Positions 23,311-33,177 of a stretch of 33,975 nucleotides of DNA are shown here, piece by piece. Numbering within the stretch: position 1 is the stretch's first letter; each line of letters starts with the position of its first letter. The stretch is from Gaiellaceae bacterium. GTDB lineage: Bacteria > Actinomycetota > Thermoleophilia > Gaiellales > Gaiellaceae. The stretch is from NCBI GenBank assembly GCA_036496165.1, contig DASXLN010000329.1, positions 1 to 33,975 of the forward strand, written 5' to 3'. The notes beneath the pieces are model-generated. The model was not told where the DNA came from. It searched no databases and was given only the letters and a program-made list of their open reading frames with translations. Made by a program: the position numbers and the translations under genes.

Positions 23311-23763
23311 CTAGGAGCCGACGACCTGGACGAGCCAGCGCCGGTCGCGCTCGCGGTCCAGCTCGATGAAGAGGACCTTCTGCCACGTCCCGAGCTGGAG
23401 CTCGCCCTCGCGCACGGGGACGGACTCGCCGGCGGTGCCGAGCAGCATCGCCATGCAGTGCGAGTGGCCGTTCCCGATCTCCATGTCCTCGGGGCAGATG
23501 TTCTCGGTGCGGCGGTCCCAGTCGTCGTGGGCGTAATACGTGTCGTGCGGGACGAGCCGGCGCAAGAGGCCCGTGAAGTCCTCGAGGAAGCCTTCCTCGA
23601 GCTCGTTCACCCGGACGCAGCACGTCGTGTGCGGCGAGTACACGCAGGCGATCCCCTCGGTGATCCCGCTCTCGCGGACCGCGGCCTGGACCTCCTCCGT
23701 GATGTCGGTGACCGTGAGGCCGCCGGCCGTGCGCAGCTGCTTTTCGTGCTGGAAGACCTTCAT
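23311..23763 (-). CDS. YjbQ/UPF0047 family protein (secondary thiamine-phosphate synthase-like)
   Basis: Start at ATG 23763 (MKVFQHEKQL...). Motifs SPHTTCCVRVNE and NGHSHCMAMLLG. The stop CTA abuts the SDR stop (TAGCTA), leaving zero intergenic bases. Confidence 0.85.
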   Translation of the reverse strand: MKVFQHEKQLRTAGGLTVTDITEEVQAAVRESGITEGIACVYSPHTTCCVRVNELEEGFLEDFTGLLRRLVPHDTYYAHDDWDRRTENICPEDMEIGNGHSHCMAMLLGTAGESVPVREGELQLGTWQKVLFIELDRERDRRWLVQVVGS

Positions 23764-23791
23764 GTCGGCCCTATTGTGCAATATCCGCGCG

Positions 23792-23865
<74 letters not shown>

Positions 23866-23887
23866 TGGTCGGAGACCTGCCCCGCGA

Positions 23888-25054
23888 TTATCCGCGAGGC
23901 AGGTTCCGGAAGGCGTTCCACGCCGGCTTCTTCACGTCCTTGACGGTCTCGAAGCCGGATTGCCAGCCGCCGATGCCGGGCTGGTCGCGCACGAGGAACC
24001 AGAGCATCATGTCGATCCGCGGGTTCTTGTGGGCGATCGCGAACGCCTGCTTGACGTAGGCGGCCTGCTTCGCCCAGCTCACGCCGAGGATCGTCTTGTC
24101 GGGCGGGTTCGTCTGGTAGCCGTACTCGGTGATCCAAAGGTGCTTCGGCCCGTAGAACTTCGAGATCTGCGACAGCAGCAGGCCGATGTTGCCCATCTGG
24201 ATCCGACGCCGCGCGTTCCCCTTCGGCACGTAGCCCGGTGCCTCGTTCCCCGCCGACGCGTACGGGTTGTGCGCGTAGACGTCGAACTTCTTCATCCCGT
24301 ACTTGTGCGCCGCGATGAGGAAGCTCAGCGGGTCGACGGAGGCGCGGCTCGAGCCTGCGTTGTCGTTGCCGCGCGGGTCGGTGACGCCGCACGCGACCTT
24401 CTCGCCCGACACGGTGTGGATGCCGGTGTAGATCGCGTTGCAGATGCGCGCGTAGTTGTACGCGCTGAGAACCATCCACTTGCCCTTGACGCGCTTGTAC
24501 TGCGGCGCGAGGAACACCGGGTTGTTCGGCTCGTTCCACGCGGTCCACATCTTCACCGCAGGGATCGGCGTGCCGGTTCCGGCGGTGGGATCGACGTAGC
24601 TGCCGCTGTAACGCTTCGCCGCTGCTTGCGCGAACTGCCGCAATGCGGTGAAGCTCGCCGGCGCGTGGTTGCGCCCTGCGCTGTGATTCGCCCAGGACGG
24701 CGTCCCGACGATCGAGAACAGAAGCTTGATCCCGGACGTCGCGCCGTACCCCGCGATCCGGTCGTAGAGCGACCAGTCGTACGCGGGATCCGCCGGGTCG
24801 GCCCCGTTCGCCGGCTTCGTGTTCGCGACCGACCACTTGTTGCCGCCCCAGTACATGTTCACGCGCAGCACTTGGGTGCGCAGCGACTGCAGTGTCTCGA
24901 ACGCCGCCGGCGGGTTGTCGCCGTACAGCGTGAAGGCTTCGTCGTTGATCCCGACGAGCAGATGGGTCGACCGCGTGGCCGCCCCTGCGGCCGAAGCGGC
25001 GAGACCTGCGGCGAAAAGCGCCGCCGCGGCGACGCGGACCATGCGAATACTCAC
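23888..25054 (-). CDS. Secreted clan GH-A (TIM-barrel) glycoside hydrolase-like protein
   Basis: Signal peptide [18 protein letters not shown]. Acid/base motif WTAWNEPN and nucleophile motif LWITEYGY, at the spacing typical of GH5/GH39-type enzymes. The family was not resolved. Confidence 0.7.
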   Translation of the reverse strand: MSIRMVRVAAAALFAAGLAASAAGAATRSTHLLVGINDEAFTLYGDNPPAAFETLQSLRTQVLRVNMYWGGNKWSVANTKPANGADPADPAYDWSLYDRIAGYGATSGIKLLFSIVGTPSWANHSAGRNHAPASFTALRQFAQAAAKRYSGSYVDPTAGTGTPIPAVKMWTAWNEPNNPVFLAPQYKRVKGKWMVLSAYNYARICNAIYTGIHTVSGEKVACGVTDPRGNDNAGSSRASVDPLSFLIAAHKYGMKKFDVYAHNPYASAGNEAPGYVPKGNARRRIQMGNIGLLLSQISKFYGPKHLWITEYGYQTNPPDKTILGVSWAKQAAYVKQAFAIAHKNPRIDMMLWFLVRDQPGIGGWQSGFETVKDVKKPAWNAFRNLPRG

Positions 25055-25080
25055 AAAAACCCCCTACGATCGATTCAGGG

Positions 25081-25092
25081 CCGGGTACCCGG
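25081..25092. promoter_or_regulatory. Perfect 12-bp palindrome CCGGGTACCCGG in the lower-GC divergent region between the GH gene and msrA
   Basis: Read directly. The function (operator?) is only inferred from its position. Confidence 0.25.
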
Positions 25093-25169
25093 TCACAGAA
25101 AGTTCAGACACAGGGTCGGGCAAATCCGTACCCTTTTCGTACATGTTCCTTTTCACGAAACCAACCCGC

Positions 25170-25799
25170 ATGGTTGAGCGGGACGAGGCCCTTCCCGGCC
25201 GCCAGGTGGCCATGCCCGTCCCGGCCCGGCACGAGGTGCTGGGCACGCCGATCGCCCCGCCGTTCCCCGAGGGCCTCGAGCAGGCCGTCGTCGGCATGGG
25301 CTGTTTCTGGGGCGCGGAGCGCGTCTTCTGGCGCGCCCCGGGCGTCTACACCACCGCCGTCGGCTACGCCGGCGGCTTCACCCCGAATCCGACGTACGAG
25401 GAGGTCTGCTCGGGGCAGACCGGCCACACCGAGGCGGTCCTCGTCGTCTTCGACCCGAAGGTCACGAGCTACGACGAGATCCTCCGGCTCTTCTGGGAGA
25501 ACCACGACCCGACGCAGGGCATGCGCCAGGGCAACGACGCCGGCACGCAGTACCGCTCGGCCGTCTACTGGACGACGGAGGAACAGCGCGACGCGGCCGA
25601 GGCGTCGCGCACGATGTTCCAGCAGGAGCTCGCGAAGGCCGGCTACGGCGAGATCTCGACCGAGATCGCGCAGGCGGGGCCGTTCTACTACGCCGAGGAC
25701 TACCACCAGCAGTACCTCGCGAAGAACCCGAACGGCTATTGCGGGCTCGGCGGAACAGGCGTTGCCTGCCCTGTCGGGCTGAAGACCGCCGAGATTTAA
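25170..25799 (+). CDS. msrA: Peptide-methionine (S)-S-oxide reductase MsrA
   Basis: Active-site motif GMGCFWGAE, plus [23 protein letters not shown] and YHQQYL. Start at ATG 25170; the upstream part of track ORF 24819.. is antisense to the GH gene. Confidence 0.93.
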   Translation: MVERDEALPGRQVAMPVPARHEVLGTPIAPPFPEGLEQAVVGMGCFWGAERVFWRAPGVYTTAVGYAGGFTPNPTYEEVCSGQTGHTEAVLVVFDPKVTSYDEILRLFWENHDPTQGMRQGNDAGTQYRSAVYWTTEEQRDAAEASRTMFQQELAKAGYGEISTEIAQAGPFYYAEDYHQQYLAKNPNGYCGLGGTGVACPVGLKTAEI

Positions 25800-25831
25800 C
25801 GAAGCCCTTACCTCCTCGAGGTGCACCGTCG

Positions 25832-25854
25832 GGGGGTCCCGGCAAGGGACCCCC
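25832..25854 (+). terminator. Perfect 9-bp GC hairpin after msrA (no U-tract)
   Basis: gggggtccc-ggcaa-gggaccccc, 33 nt past the msrA TAA. Confidence 0.5.
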
Positions 25855-25881
25855 TGTACGGCAACTACGACAGGAGGAGAG

Positions 25882-26523
25882 ATGCGGAAGCTCATTCCCG
25901 TCGCGGTCGCCGCGCTTGCTCTGGCATGTGCTGCGACCGCGGGCGCCGCGCTCGTTCCGGGTGTCTACGACCCGGGGAACACGGGCTGCGTGACTTCGAC
26001 GTACAGCAACGGCGTTCTTCATCTCGCGAAGAACTGCGCGACCTCGACGAACGCTTCAGCGGGTGCAGACATCACCGGACTGACAGGACAGACATTCCAG
26101 TCGGCATCGTTCACGCTTTCGAGTGCGACCCAGTGCCAGGGCGGGTCGCCGCGCTTCAACGTGACGACGTCGAACGGGCTGTTCTTCCTGGGCTGCAACA
26201 ACGTGACGCCGACGGCGAACGCCGACGGCACCGTGACGTACACGTTCACCGCGGCGACGCTCGCTGCGGCGGGGCAGCAGGTGCCGACACCGACCGGCAC
26301 GATCAGCAGTGCCAGCGTCCTCATCGACGTCCAGGGCACCGCCGACCTGTCGAACATCACGGTGAACGGCGTGCTCGAGCGGCCCGTCCCGACCCATGAA
26401 GGCGGCAACGGGTTCGCCAAGGAGTGCAAGGACGGCGGCTGGAAGTCGTTCACGAATCCGTCGTTCAAGAACCAGGGCCAGTGTGTGTCGCACATGGCGC
26501 ACCACAAGCACCACGATCACTAG
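25882..26523 (+). CDS. Secreted Cys-containing hypothetical protein with a His-rich C-terminal tail
   Basis: RBS AGGAGGAG. Signal peptide MRKLIPVAVAALALACAATAGA. Six Cys in the mature part. The C-terminus is CKDGGWKSFTNPSFKNQGQCVSHMAHHKHHDH. Confidence 0.7.
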   Translation: MRKLIPVAVAALALACAATAGAALVPGVYDPGNTGCVTSTYSNGVLHLAKNCATSTNASAGADITGLTGQTFQSASFTLSSATQCQGGSPRFNVTTSNGLFFLGCNNVTPTANADGTVTYTFTAATLAAAGQQVPTPTGTISSASVLIDVQGTADLSNITVNGVLERPVPTHEGGNGFAKECKDGGWKSFTNPSFKNQGQCVSHMAHHKHHDH

Positions 26524-26531
26524 CGAGTGAC

Positions 26532-26560
26532 GGCGGCGCCGGCAGCTCGCCGGCGCCGCC
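26532..26560. terminator. Perfect 12-bp stem hairpin between convergent genes (bidirectional terminator candidate)
   Basis: ggcggcgccggc-agctc-gccggcgccgcc. It sits between the stops at 26523 (+) and 26563 (-). Confidence 0.6.
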
Positions 26561-26562
26561 TC

Positions 26563-26859
26563 CTACAGCGTCCGGAACGCGAGCGTGACGGCGCCTGCGA
26601 TCGCGACGACGCCGAGCACCGGGATCGCCGCCTTCGCCGCACGCGGCGGCAGCACGAGCTCGAACAGCGGAGTGTCGTCGCCGATCCGGCGGAGGACGGG
26701 GCCGAGCGGGCAGTTCCCGCCAGCGACCACGACGAGGACGCATTCGAGCCCGAGCGCAGCGAGCGCCGCGACCGCCAGGCCGTCTGCACGTCCGCGGACG
26801 GCCGCGAGCCAGACGAGCGCGATGCAGCCGAGGAAGACGATGCTGATCGCGCCGTGCAC
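26563..26859 (-). CDS. Small integral membrane protein (about 3 TMS)
   Basis: Tail of track ORF 26563..27756: ...VHGAISIVFLGCIALVWLAAV...LAVAALAALGLECVLVVVAGGNCPLGPV...AAIPVLGVVAIAGAVTLAF. Start is uncertain: GTG 26859, or CTG 26889 overlapping the SDR stop. Confidence 0.55.
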   Translation of the reverse strand: MHGAISIVFLGCIALVWLAAVRGRADGLAVAALAALGLECVLVVVAGGNCPLGPVLRRIGDDTPLFELVLPPRAAKAAIPVLGVVAIAGAVTLAFRTL

Positions 26860-26885
26860 GACGCGCGACGCCAGGACGATCCGGC

Positions 26886-27554
26886 TCAGGCCGTCTCGCC
26901 TCCGTCGATCGCGATCGTCGCGCCGGTGATGTAGCGGGCGTCGTCGCTCGCGAGGAACGCGAAGAGCGCTGCGATCTCCGCCGGCTCGGCATGGCGCTTC
27001 ATCGGAATCTGCTCGTTCACCGCGGCCAGCATCTCGTCCGAGTACTCGGCGCGCTGCATCGGCGTGAGGACGTACCCAGGGCAGACGGCGTTCACGCGGA
27101 TGCGCGGAGCGAGCTCGCGCGCCATCGTCCGCGCGAGCAGGATCACGCCCGCCTTCGACGCGTTGTAGTCGGCGTAGTGCTCGTGCCCGCTGAGCCCGTT
27201 CGTCGACGCGGTCATGAGGATCACGCCCTCGTCCATCCGCCGCGCCGCCTGCTGCGCGCAGTGGAAGACGCCGGTCAGGTTGACGTCGAGGACGCGGCGC
27301 CAGTCCTCCTCGCGGATCTCGAGGAACGGGCTGCGAATCGAGATGCCGGCGTTCGCGACGAGAACGTCGACCTCCCCGACCCGCTCGAATGCGGCAGCGA
27401 CCTGTTCGGTATCGGCGACGTCGCACTCGATCTCCCCGTCGAGGGCGATGCTGACGACGGTCGCCCCCTCGTCGCGGAAGCGCTCGACCGTCGCCTCGCC
27501 GATGCCGCTGGACCCGCCGGTGACGACGACCCGCTTCCCTTCGAGGCCCCTCAC
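26886..27554 (-). CDS. Short-chain dehydrogenase/reductase (SDR)
   Basis: GTG 27554 overlaps the esterase stop (GTGA). Motifs VTGGSSGIG, NAGI, YNASK and the PG motif. Confidence 0.85.
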   Translation of the reverse strand: MRGLEGKRVVVTGGSSGIGEATVERFRDEGATVVSIALDGEIECDVADTEQVAAAFERVGEVDVLVANAGISIRSPFLEIREEDWRRVLDVNLTGVFHCAQQAARRMDEGVILMTASTNGLSGHEHYADYNASKAGVILLARTMARELAPRIRVNAVCPGYVLTPMQRAEYSDEMLAAVNEQIPMKRHAEPAEIAALFAFLASDDARYITGATIAIDGGETA

Positions 27555-28501
27555 TGCAGGCGTTCGGCGAGGTACTTGATCGCGATCGGGTAGCGGTACT
27601 CGATCGCGCCGTGCTTCCCGTCGAAAAGTTCGAAGAAGACGTCTGTGACGCCGATCCGCTCGAGCGCGCGGCGGAATGCCTCGGCGCCGAGGTCGAGGTA
27701 GTACTCGTCGCGTGTGCCTGCGTCGACGTAGATCGCGCGCAGGCCGCGCAGGGCATCCGCGTGGGTGTCGACCATGCGCACGGGATCCCACGCGAGCCAG
27801 CGCTGCCAGACGTCGTCCTTCAACTGCCCTGTCTCGACGTCGAACGGCAGCTCGCCGTTCGAGTAGCACTGCGCCATGGCGTATGTGTTGATCAGCACCG
27901 GGTCGGCGGGTCTCGTGAACGCCGGCCGCGACCGGAAGTCCTTCCAGAATGCGTCGTAGGAGCTGCCGTAGTCGTCGCGCAGCGCGCGCACGACCTGCGG
28001 GAACTCGGTGAGGTAACAGAGCTCGAAGAGCGCGTCGCCCGCGTGCGTCGCGAGGCCGGCGAAGACGTCCGGCCTGAGCATCGCAGAGATCATCGCCCCG
28101 TACCCGCCGCTCGACTTTCCGGCGATCGCCCGTGCGCTCGTCGGGTAACGCGCGTCGACGAAGCCGACGACGTCTTCGCAGAGATAGGTGTGGTAGTTGC
28201 CGACGGCCGGCGAGTCGACGAACTGGGAGCCGCCGTACGACGTCCACGCGTCGACGAAGACGACCCGCGCGGGCGCGCGGAGCCCGTCGACCAGTTCGAG
28301 CACGGTGGGGCGGAACGGCGACCGGTTGCGCCACATGTCCACCTGGCCGGTGAAGCCCTGGATGAGGTAGACGGCCGGGAGGGTCGCGCCCTCGGCGCCG
28401 GGAGGCTCGTACACCCAGACCGGGCGGCGCGCGGGATCGCCGAGGGGATTGCCGGCGAGCGCGGCACTGTCGATCTCGTGCTCGTACAGGCGGCCCTCCA
28501 T
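27551..28501 (-). CDS. Alpha/beta-hydrolase, 'putative esterase' family (enterochelin esterase / esterase D-like)
   Basis: Motifs LPAVYLIQGFTG, the nucleophile elbow IAGKSSGGYGA, and the distal FDGKHG His. Confidence 0.8.
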   Translation of the reverse strand: MEGRLYEHEIDSAALAGNPLGDPARRPVWVYEPPGAEGATLPAVYLIQGFTGQVDMWRNRSPFRPTVLELVDGLRAPARVVFVDAWTSYGGSQFVDSPAVGNYHTYLCEDVVGFVDARYPTSARAIAGKSSGGYGAMISAMLRPDVFAGLATHAGDALFELCYLTEFPQVVRALRDDYGSSYDAFWKDFRSRPAFTRPADPVLINTYAMAQCYSNGELPFDVETGQLKDDVWQRWLAWDPVRMVDTHADALRGLRAIYVDAGTRDEYYLDLGAEAFRRALERIGVTDVFFELFDGKHGAIEYRYPIAIKYLAERLQ

Positions 28502-28526
28502 CGCCGCCGGACCCTACACTCGCCCC

Positions 28527-28931
28527 ATGCGTCGAATCCCCCCGCTCGCCGCACTCCTCCTCGTGCTGGTCCTGGCCGCCTGCGGCGGCGGCTCATCGAA
28601 GCCGTACACCGCGGTCGCGTCGAAGGCGTGCTTCGTGCAGAACGGCTTCACCGGGGTGACCACGGACCCGGGCAAGGTGGGGTTCATCGCCGCCTTCGCG
28701 CCGAACGGCGGGCTCCAGGCGAAGTCGAAGACCGGGAACGTCCTGACGGTCGCATTCGCCGATCCCAACGGCGTGGCGTCGACGGAGAAGGCGTTCCGGC
28801 GGAACGCGCCGGCGAGCCTCCTCCCGCACATCGCGGACATCATGAGGTCGAAGGGCAACGCGGTCCTCGTCTGGACGGTGTCGCCGAGCGCGCAGGAGCT
28901 CTCGGACGCCGAGAGCTGCCTCAAGTCCTAG
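28527..28931 (+). CDS. Lipoprotein, unknown function
   Basis: ATG 28527. Signal peptide with lipobox: MRRIPPLAALLLVLVLAAC-GGGSS. Confidence 0.7.
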   Translation: MRRIPPLAALLLVLVLAACGGGSSKPYTAVASKACFVQNGFTGVTTDPGKVGFIAAFAPNGGLQAKSKTGNVLTVAFADPNGVASTEKAFRRNAPASLLPHIADIMRSKGNAVLVWTVSPSAQELSDAESCLKS

Positions 28932-28944
28932 CTAGGATTCGGGC

Positions 28945-29829
28945 ATGGCCGAGTACGGGACGATGCGGGTGAAGAGCGGCCTCGCCGAGATGCTCAAGGG
29001 CGGGGTGATCATGGACGTCGTCGACGCCGAGCAGGCGAAGATCGCCGAGGCGTCCGGCGCGGTCGCGGTGATGGCGCTCGAGCGCGTCCCCGCCGACATC
29101 CGCCGCGACGGCGGCGTCGCGCGCATGTCCGACCCGGAGATGATCCGGGAGATCCAGGAGGCCGTCTCCATCCCGGTGATGGCCAAGTGCCGCATCGGCC
29201 ATTTCGCCGAGGCGCAGATCCTCCAGGCGCTCGAGATCGACTACATCGACGAGTCGGAGGTGCTCACGCCCGCCGACCTCGCGCATCACGTCGACAAGTG
29301 GACGTTCACCGTCCCGTTCGTGTGCGGCGCGACGAACCTCGGCGAGGCGCTCAGGCGCATCACGGAGGGCGCGGCGATGATCCGCACGAAGGGCGAGGCC
29401 GGCACGGGCGACATCGTCAACGCGGTCACACACATGCGCTCGGTGTTCGGCCACATCCGCCGGCTCACGTCGCTCGCCGAGGAGGAGCTGTACTCGGAGG
29501 CGAAGGTGCTGCAGGCGCCGTACGAGCTCGTGCGCTGGGTCGCAGAGAACGGAAAGCTGCCGGTGGTGACGTTCACCGCCGGCGGGATCGCGACCCCGGC
29601 CGACGCAGCGCTGTGCATGCAGCTCGGCGCCGACGGCGTGTTCGTCGGCTCCGGCATCTTCAAGTCGGGCGATCCCGAGCGGCGCGCGAAGGCGATCGTC
29701 GAGGCGACGACGCACTTCCGGGACGCCGAGATTCTCGCCCGCGTGTCGGCGGGCCTCGGCGAACCGATGGTCGGCATCTCGACCGCCTCGCTCGATCCGA
29801 GCGAGCTGCTCGAGACGCGCGGCTGGTAG
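28945..29829 (+). CDS. pdxS: Pyridoxal 5'-phosphate synthase, lyase subunit PdxS
   Basis: Near-invariant PdxS blocks: [66 protein letters not shown] and [11 protein letters not shown]. Confidence 0.97.
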   Translation: MAEYGTMRVKSGLAEMLKGGVIMDVVDAEQAKIAEASGAVAVMALERVPADIRRDGGVARMSDPEMIREIQEAVSIPVMAKCRIGHFAEAQILQALEIDYIDESEVLTPADLAHHVDKWTFTVPFVCGATNLGEALRRITEGAAMIRTKGEAGTGDIVNAVTHMRSVFGHIRRLTSLAEEELYSEAKVLQAPYELVRWVAENGKLPVVTFTAGGIATPADAALCMQLGADGVFVGSGIFKSGDPERRAKAIVEATTHFRDAEILARVSAGLGEPMVGISTASLDPSELLETRGW

Positions 29830-29851
29830 TCCTCCGTCCGGCGCAGCGCAG

Positions 29852-30736
29852 ATGATTCGCCCCGACATGGTGGGCGGCAAGCCGGTCTGGAAGACCTCCT
29901 CGTTCCTCGTCTACACGGGCGGTCTCACCGTGCTCGGCGCGGCGCTCGCGGCGCTCAGCTACCTGTCGGGCCACTTCGGCAGCGGCGCGCTCACCGCCTG
30001 GGCGCTGCTCGTGTTCGTCGTCCTGTCGTCGGTCGCCCACTGGTTCAGGCGGCGCGGCCGCTGGGTTGCGGCCGGCATCTTCGGGTTCGCGTCCGTCGTC
30101 GCCTGGGGCGCGCTCATCGGGACTGCGTGGCACTGGTTCGGCTGGCTGAACCACTGGAACTCGGCGTTCGGCGGTTTCTCAGTCGCGCACCTGTCGCTCG
30201 AGCTCCTCGTTCTCGCGTCCGCGCGTGAAGCTCTCCGGCGCTACAAGTTCCCGTTCATCCGCCTGATCTCGGCGGTCGTGTGGTGGTTCTTCGTCACCGA
30301 TCTCGTGTCGAACGGCGGCACGTGGTCGTGGGTCGTGACCCTGCTCGTCGGCCTCGCCTACCTCGTCGCGGGCACGGTCAGCGACCAGCCGTCCGCGTTC
30401 TGGACGCACCTCGTCGCCGGTGCGCTCATCGGCGTGACCCTGCTGCACTGGTGGAGCTCCACCGACACCGACTGGGCGCTCATCTCGGCCGCCTCGCTCG
30501 TGTACGTCTTCATCGCCTACGCGACGAAGCGCTCGAGCTGGGCCGTCTACGCGACGATCGGCTTCGTCGGCGCGACGATCCACTACCTCTTCAGCACGAG
30601 CACCCCTGTGAGCGTCGGCCCCGTGTCCGTGGCGGTGCCGTCCGTCAGCAGCGGCTGGGCTCCCTCCGTCGCGTTCGCGTGCCTCGGGTTCTGGCTCGTC
30701 CTGCTCGGGCTGCTGGCCCGGCGTCGCACGGCGTAG
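29852..30736 (+). CDS. Trp-rich polytopic membrane protein (about 8 TMS), unknown function
   Basis: Repeated hydrophobic segments and high GC3. It is inserted between pdxS and pdxT. Confidence 0.7.
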   Translation: MIRPDMVGGKPVWKTSSFLVYTGGLTVLGAALAALSYLSGHFGSGALTAWALLVFVVLSSVAHWFRRRGRWVAAGIFGFASVVAWGALIGTAWHWFGWLNHWNSAFGGFSVAHLSLELLVLASAREALRRYKFPFIRLISAVVWWFFVTDLVSNGGTWSWVVTLLVGLAYLVAGTVSDQPSAFWTHLVAGALIGVTLLHWWSSTDTDWALISAASLVYVFIAYATKRSSWAVYATIGFVGATIHYLFSTSTPVSVGPVSVAVPSVSSGWAPSVAFACLGFWLVLLGLLARRRTA

Positions 30737-30756
30737 CCGCACCTACAATTCGGATC

Positions 30757-31320
30757 GTGGACAAGCCGCTTCGAATCGGCGTTCTCGCCGTGCAGGGCAA
30801 CTTCCGGGAGCACGGGGCCGTGCTCCGGCGACTCGGCGTCGAGCCGGTCGAGGTGCGCCTGCCCGAGCAGCTCGAGGGTCTCGACGGTCTCATCCTGCCC
30901 GGCGGCGAGTCGACGGCGATCACGCGGCTCATGCGCCTGTACGGGCTCGACGAGGCGCTGCGCCGCTTCGAGGCGCCCGTGTTCGGGACGTGCGCGGGCA
31001 TGATCGTGCTCGACCGCGACCACCTCGGCCTCGGCGACTTCCGCGTCCGGCGGAACGCGTTCGGGCGGCAGGTCAAGAGCTTCGAGGCCGATCTCGACAT
31101 CGGCATGGGCGAGCCGCTCCGCGCCGTCTTCATCCGCGCGCCGTGGATCGAGGACGCAGGCCCCGACGTGGAGGTGCTCGCCGAGGTGGACGGGCATGCG
31201 GTGCTCGCGCGGGAGGGGCGGATCCTCGTCGCAGCATTCCATCCGGAGCTCACCGACGACACGCGCATCCACGAGCTCTTCGTGAACCAGGTACGGGAGG
31301 GAACGAGTGTCCGGGCATAG
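30757..31320 (+). CDS. pdxT: Pyridoxal 5'-phosphate synthase, glutaminase subunit PdxT
   Basis: GTG 30757. Motifs [23 protein letters not shown], the catalytic Cys in FGTCAGMI, and AAFHPE. Confidence 0.93.
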   Translation: MDKPLRIGVLAVQGNFREHGAVLRRLGVEPVEVRLPEQLEGLDGLILPGGESTAITRLMRLYGLDEALRRFEAPVFGTCAGMIVLDRDHLGLGDFRVRRNAFGRQVKSFEADLDIGMGEPLRAVFIRAPWIEDAGPDVEVLAEVDGHAVLAREGRILVAAFHPELTDDTRIHELFVNQVREGTSVRA

Positions 31321-32068
31321 CAAGTGGTCGTCGATCAAGCACAAGAAGGGCGCGGCGGACATCAAGCGCGGCAAGCTCTTCTCAAAGCTCTCGCGCGCGA
31401 TCATCGTCGCGGCGAAGGAGGGCGGCGGGAATCCCGCCGACAACCTCGCGCTGCAGAACGCGATCGAGAAGGCGCGCTCCTACTCCATGCCGAAGGACAA
31501 CATCGACCGCGCGATCGCGAAGGGATCCGGCGCGGATGCGGATGCGAGCGCATTCGAGACGGTCGTGTACGAGGGGTTCGGCCCGAGCGGCGTCGCCGTC
31601 ATCGTCGAGGCCCTGACCGACAACCGAAATCGCACCGCGAGCGACGTGCGGCACACGTTCGCGAAGAACGACGGCAACCTCGGCGGCTCCGGTGCGGTCG
31701 CCTGGCTGTTCGAGCGTCGAGGTGTCGTGGTCGTCGCTGATCCTGGAGCGCGTAGCGCAGAGGACGAGCTCATGCTCGCGGCCGCCGAGGGCGGGGCGGA
31801 AGACGTCGTCCGCGACGGCACGACGTTCCAGGTGACGTGCGAGCCGGAGCAGCTGGCGGCGGTGCGCGAGGCGGTCGAGGCCGCCGGCTTCGCCGTCGAC
31901 GCGGCGGAGCTGACGATGGTGCCGAAGACGACCGTCGAGGTCGCGGACGAGAACGAGGCGAAGAAGGTGCTCCGGCTCATGGACCAGCTGGAGGACAACG
32001 ACGACGTCCAGGACGTGTACGCGAACTTCGACATCCCCGAGCGCGTGCTCGAGGCCGTCGCCGGCTGA
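31307..32068 (+). CDS. yebC: YebC/PmpR family DNA-binding transcriptional regulator
   Basis: N-terminus (V)[27 protein letters not shown] is diagnostic. Overlaps pdxT by 14 nt. Confidence 0.95.
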   Translation: MSGHSKWSSIKHKKGAADIKRGKLFSKLSRAIIVAAKEGGGNPADNLALQNAIEKARSYSMPKDNIDRAIAKGSGADADASAFETVVYEGFGPSGVAVIVEALTDNRNRTASDVRHTFAKNDGNLGGSGAVAWLFERRGVVVVADPGARSAEDELMLAAAEGGAEDVVRDGTTFQVTCEPEQLAAVREAVEAAGFAVDAAELTMVPKTTVEVADENEAKKVLRLMDQLEDNDDVQDVYANFDIPERVLEAVAG

Positions 32069-32126
32069 CCGGAAGTCACCCTTTCGGGTAGAAGGAGTCG
32101 TCCGACCCGCTGCCTAACCTCTTGCC

Positions 32127-32615
32127 GTGAAGGTTGTCGGCATCGATCCAGGGACGGCTGCTTGCGGGTACGGGATCGTCCACGAAAGCGGCGGGCGCCT
32201 CAGGGGCATAGACCACGGCTGGTGGCAAACGCGCCCCACCGAACGACCCGAGCTGCGTCTGAAGACGATCTACGACGGCGTCGCCGGCCTCATCGCGGAG
32301 CACGCCCCGGATGCGGTCGTCCTCGAGGAGTCCTTCGTCGGCGTCGACGCCCGCACCGCGCTCTCCGTCGGACAGGCACGCGGCGTCGTGCTCGTCGCGG
32401 CCGCCCACGCCGGGCTGCCCTGCACCGAGTACACGCCGTCCGAGGTGAAGCACGCCGTCTGCGGCTACGGGCGCGCCGAGAAGTCGCAGGTGCAGCGCAT
32501 GGTGAAGGCGATCCTCAGCCTGCAGGAGCTCCCGACACCGAACCACGCCGCCGACGCGCTCGCCGTCGCCATCTGCCACGCGCTCGCACCGCCGATGCTG
32601 AAGATGGCCGGCTGA
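32127..32615 (+). CDS. ruvC: Crossover junction endodeoxyribonuclease RuvC
   Basis: Motifs VVGIDPGTAACGYGIV, VVLEESF and NHAADALAVAICH. Confidence 0.95.
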   Translation: MKVVGIDPGTAACGYGIVHESGGRLRGIDHGWWQTRPTERPELRLKTIYDGVAGLIAEHAPDAVVLEESFVGVDARTALSVGQARGVVLVAAAHAGLPCTEYTPSEVKHAVCGYGRAEKSQVQRMVKAILSLQELPTPNHAADALAVAICHALAPPMLKMAG

Positions 32616-32616
32616 C

Positions 32617-33177
32617 GTGATCGCGCGACTGAGAGGGAAGGCGGTCGCGTCCACCGCGGAAGGGCTCATCCTCGACGTCGGCGGGGTCGGCTATCTCGTC
32701 GCAGCGACGTCCGCAGCCGTGCGGAAGGCGGACGGCGCCGACGAGGTGACCGTCGAGACATACACGCACGTGCGCGAGGACACGCTTCAGCTGTACGGCT
32801 TCGCCGACCGCGACGAGCGTGACCTCTTCGTGCAACTGCTGTCCGTGAACGGCATCGGGCCGAAGGTCGCGCTCGCGATCGTCTCCGGCTCGCCGGCCGA
32901 CGAGCTGCGGCGCGCGATCGTCCGTGAGGACACGGCGCGCTTCGTCGCGATCCCCGGCATCGGCAAGAAGACGGCCGAGCGCATCGTGCTCGAGCTGAAA
33001 GGCTCGATCGCCGAGGCGATCGCGCCTAGCGAGTCGCTCGGTGCCGATCTTGTCGCAAGGGATGCCCTAGTCGAGCTCGGGTACTCGATACTCGATGCCG
33101 AGGCTGCGCTTGCATCGGTCGATCCCGAGCTTCCGGCTGAAGAACGCGTGCGGCGTGCGTTGAGGCAGGCTGCGTGA
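32617..33177 (+). CDS. ruvA: Holliday junction branch migration complex subunit RuvA
   Basis: Motifs MIARLRGK, the HhH motifs [15 protein letters not shown] and [16 protein letters not shown], and the C-terminal domain III. Confidence 0.95.
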   Translation: MIARLRGKAVASTAEGLILDVGGVGYLVAATSAAVRKADGADEVTVETYTHVREDTLQLYGFADRDERDLFVQLLSVNGIGPKVALAIVSGSPADELRRAIVREDTARFVAIPGIGKKTAERIVLELKGSIAEAIAPSESLGADLVARDALVELGYSILDAEAALASVDPELPAEERVRRALRQAA

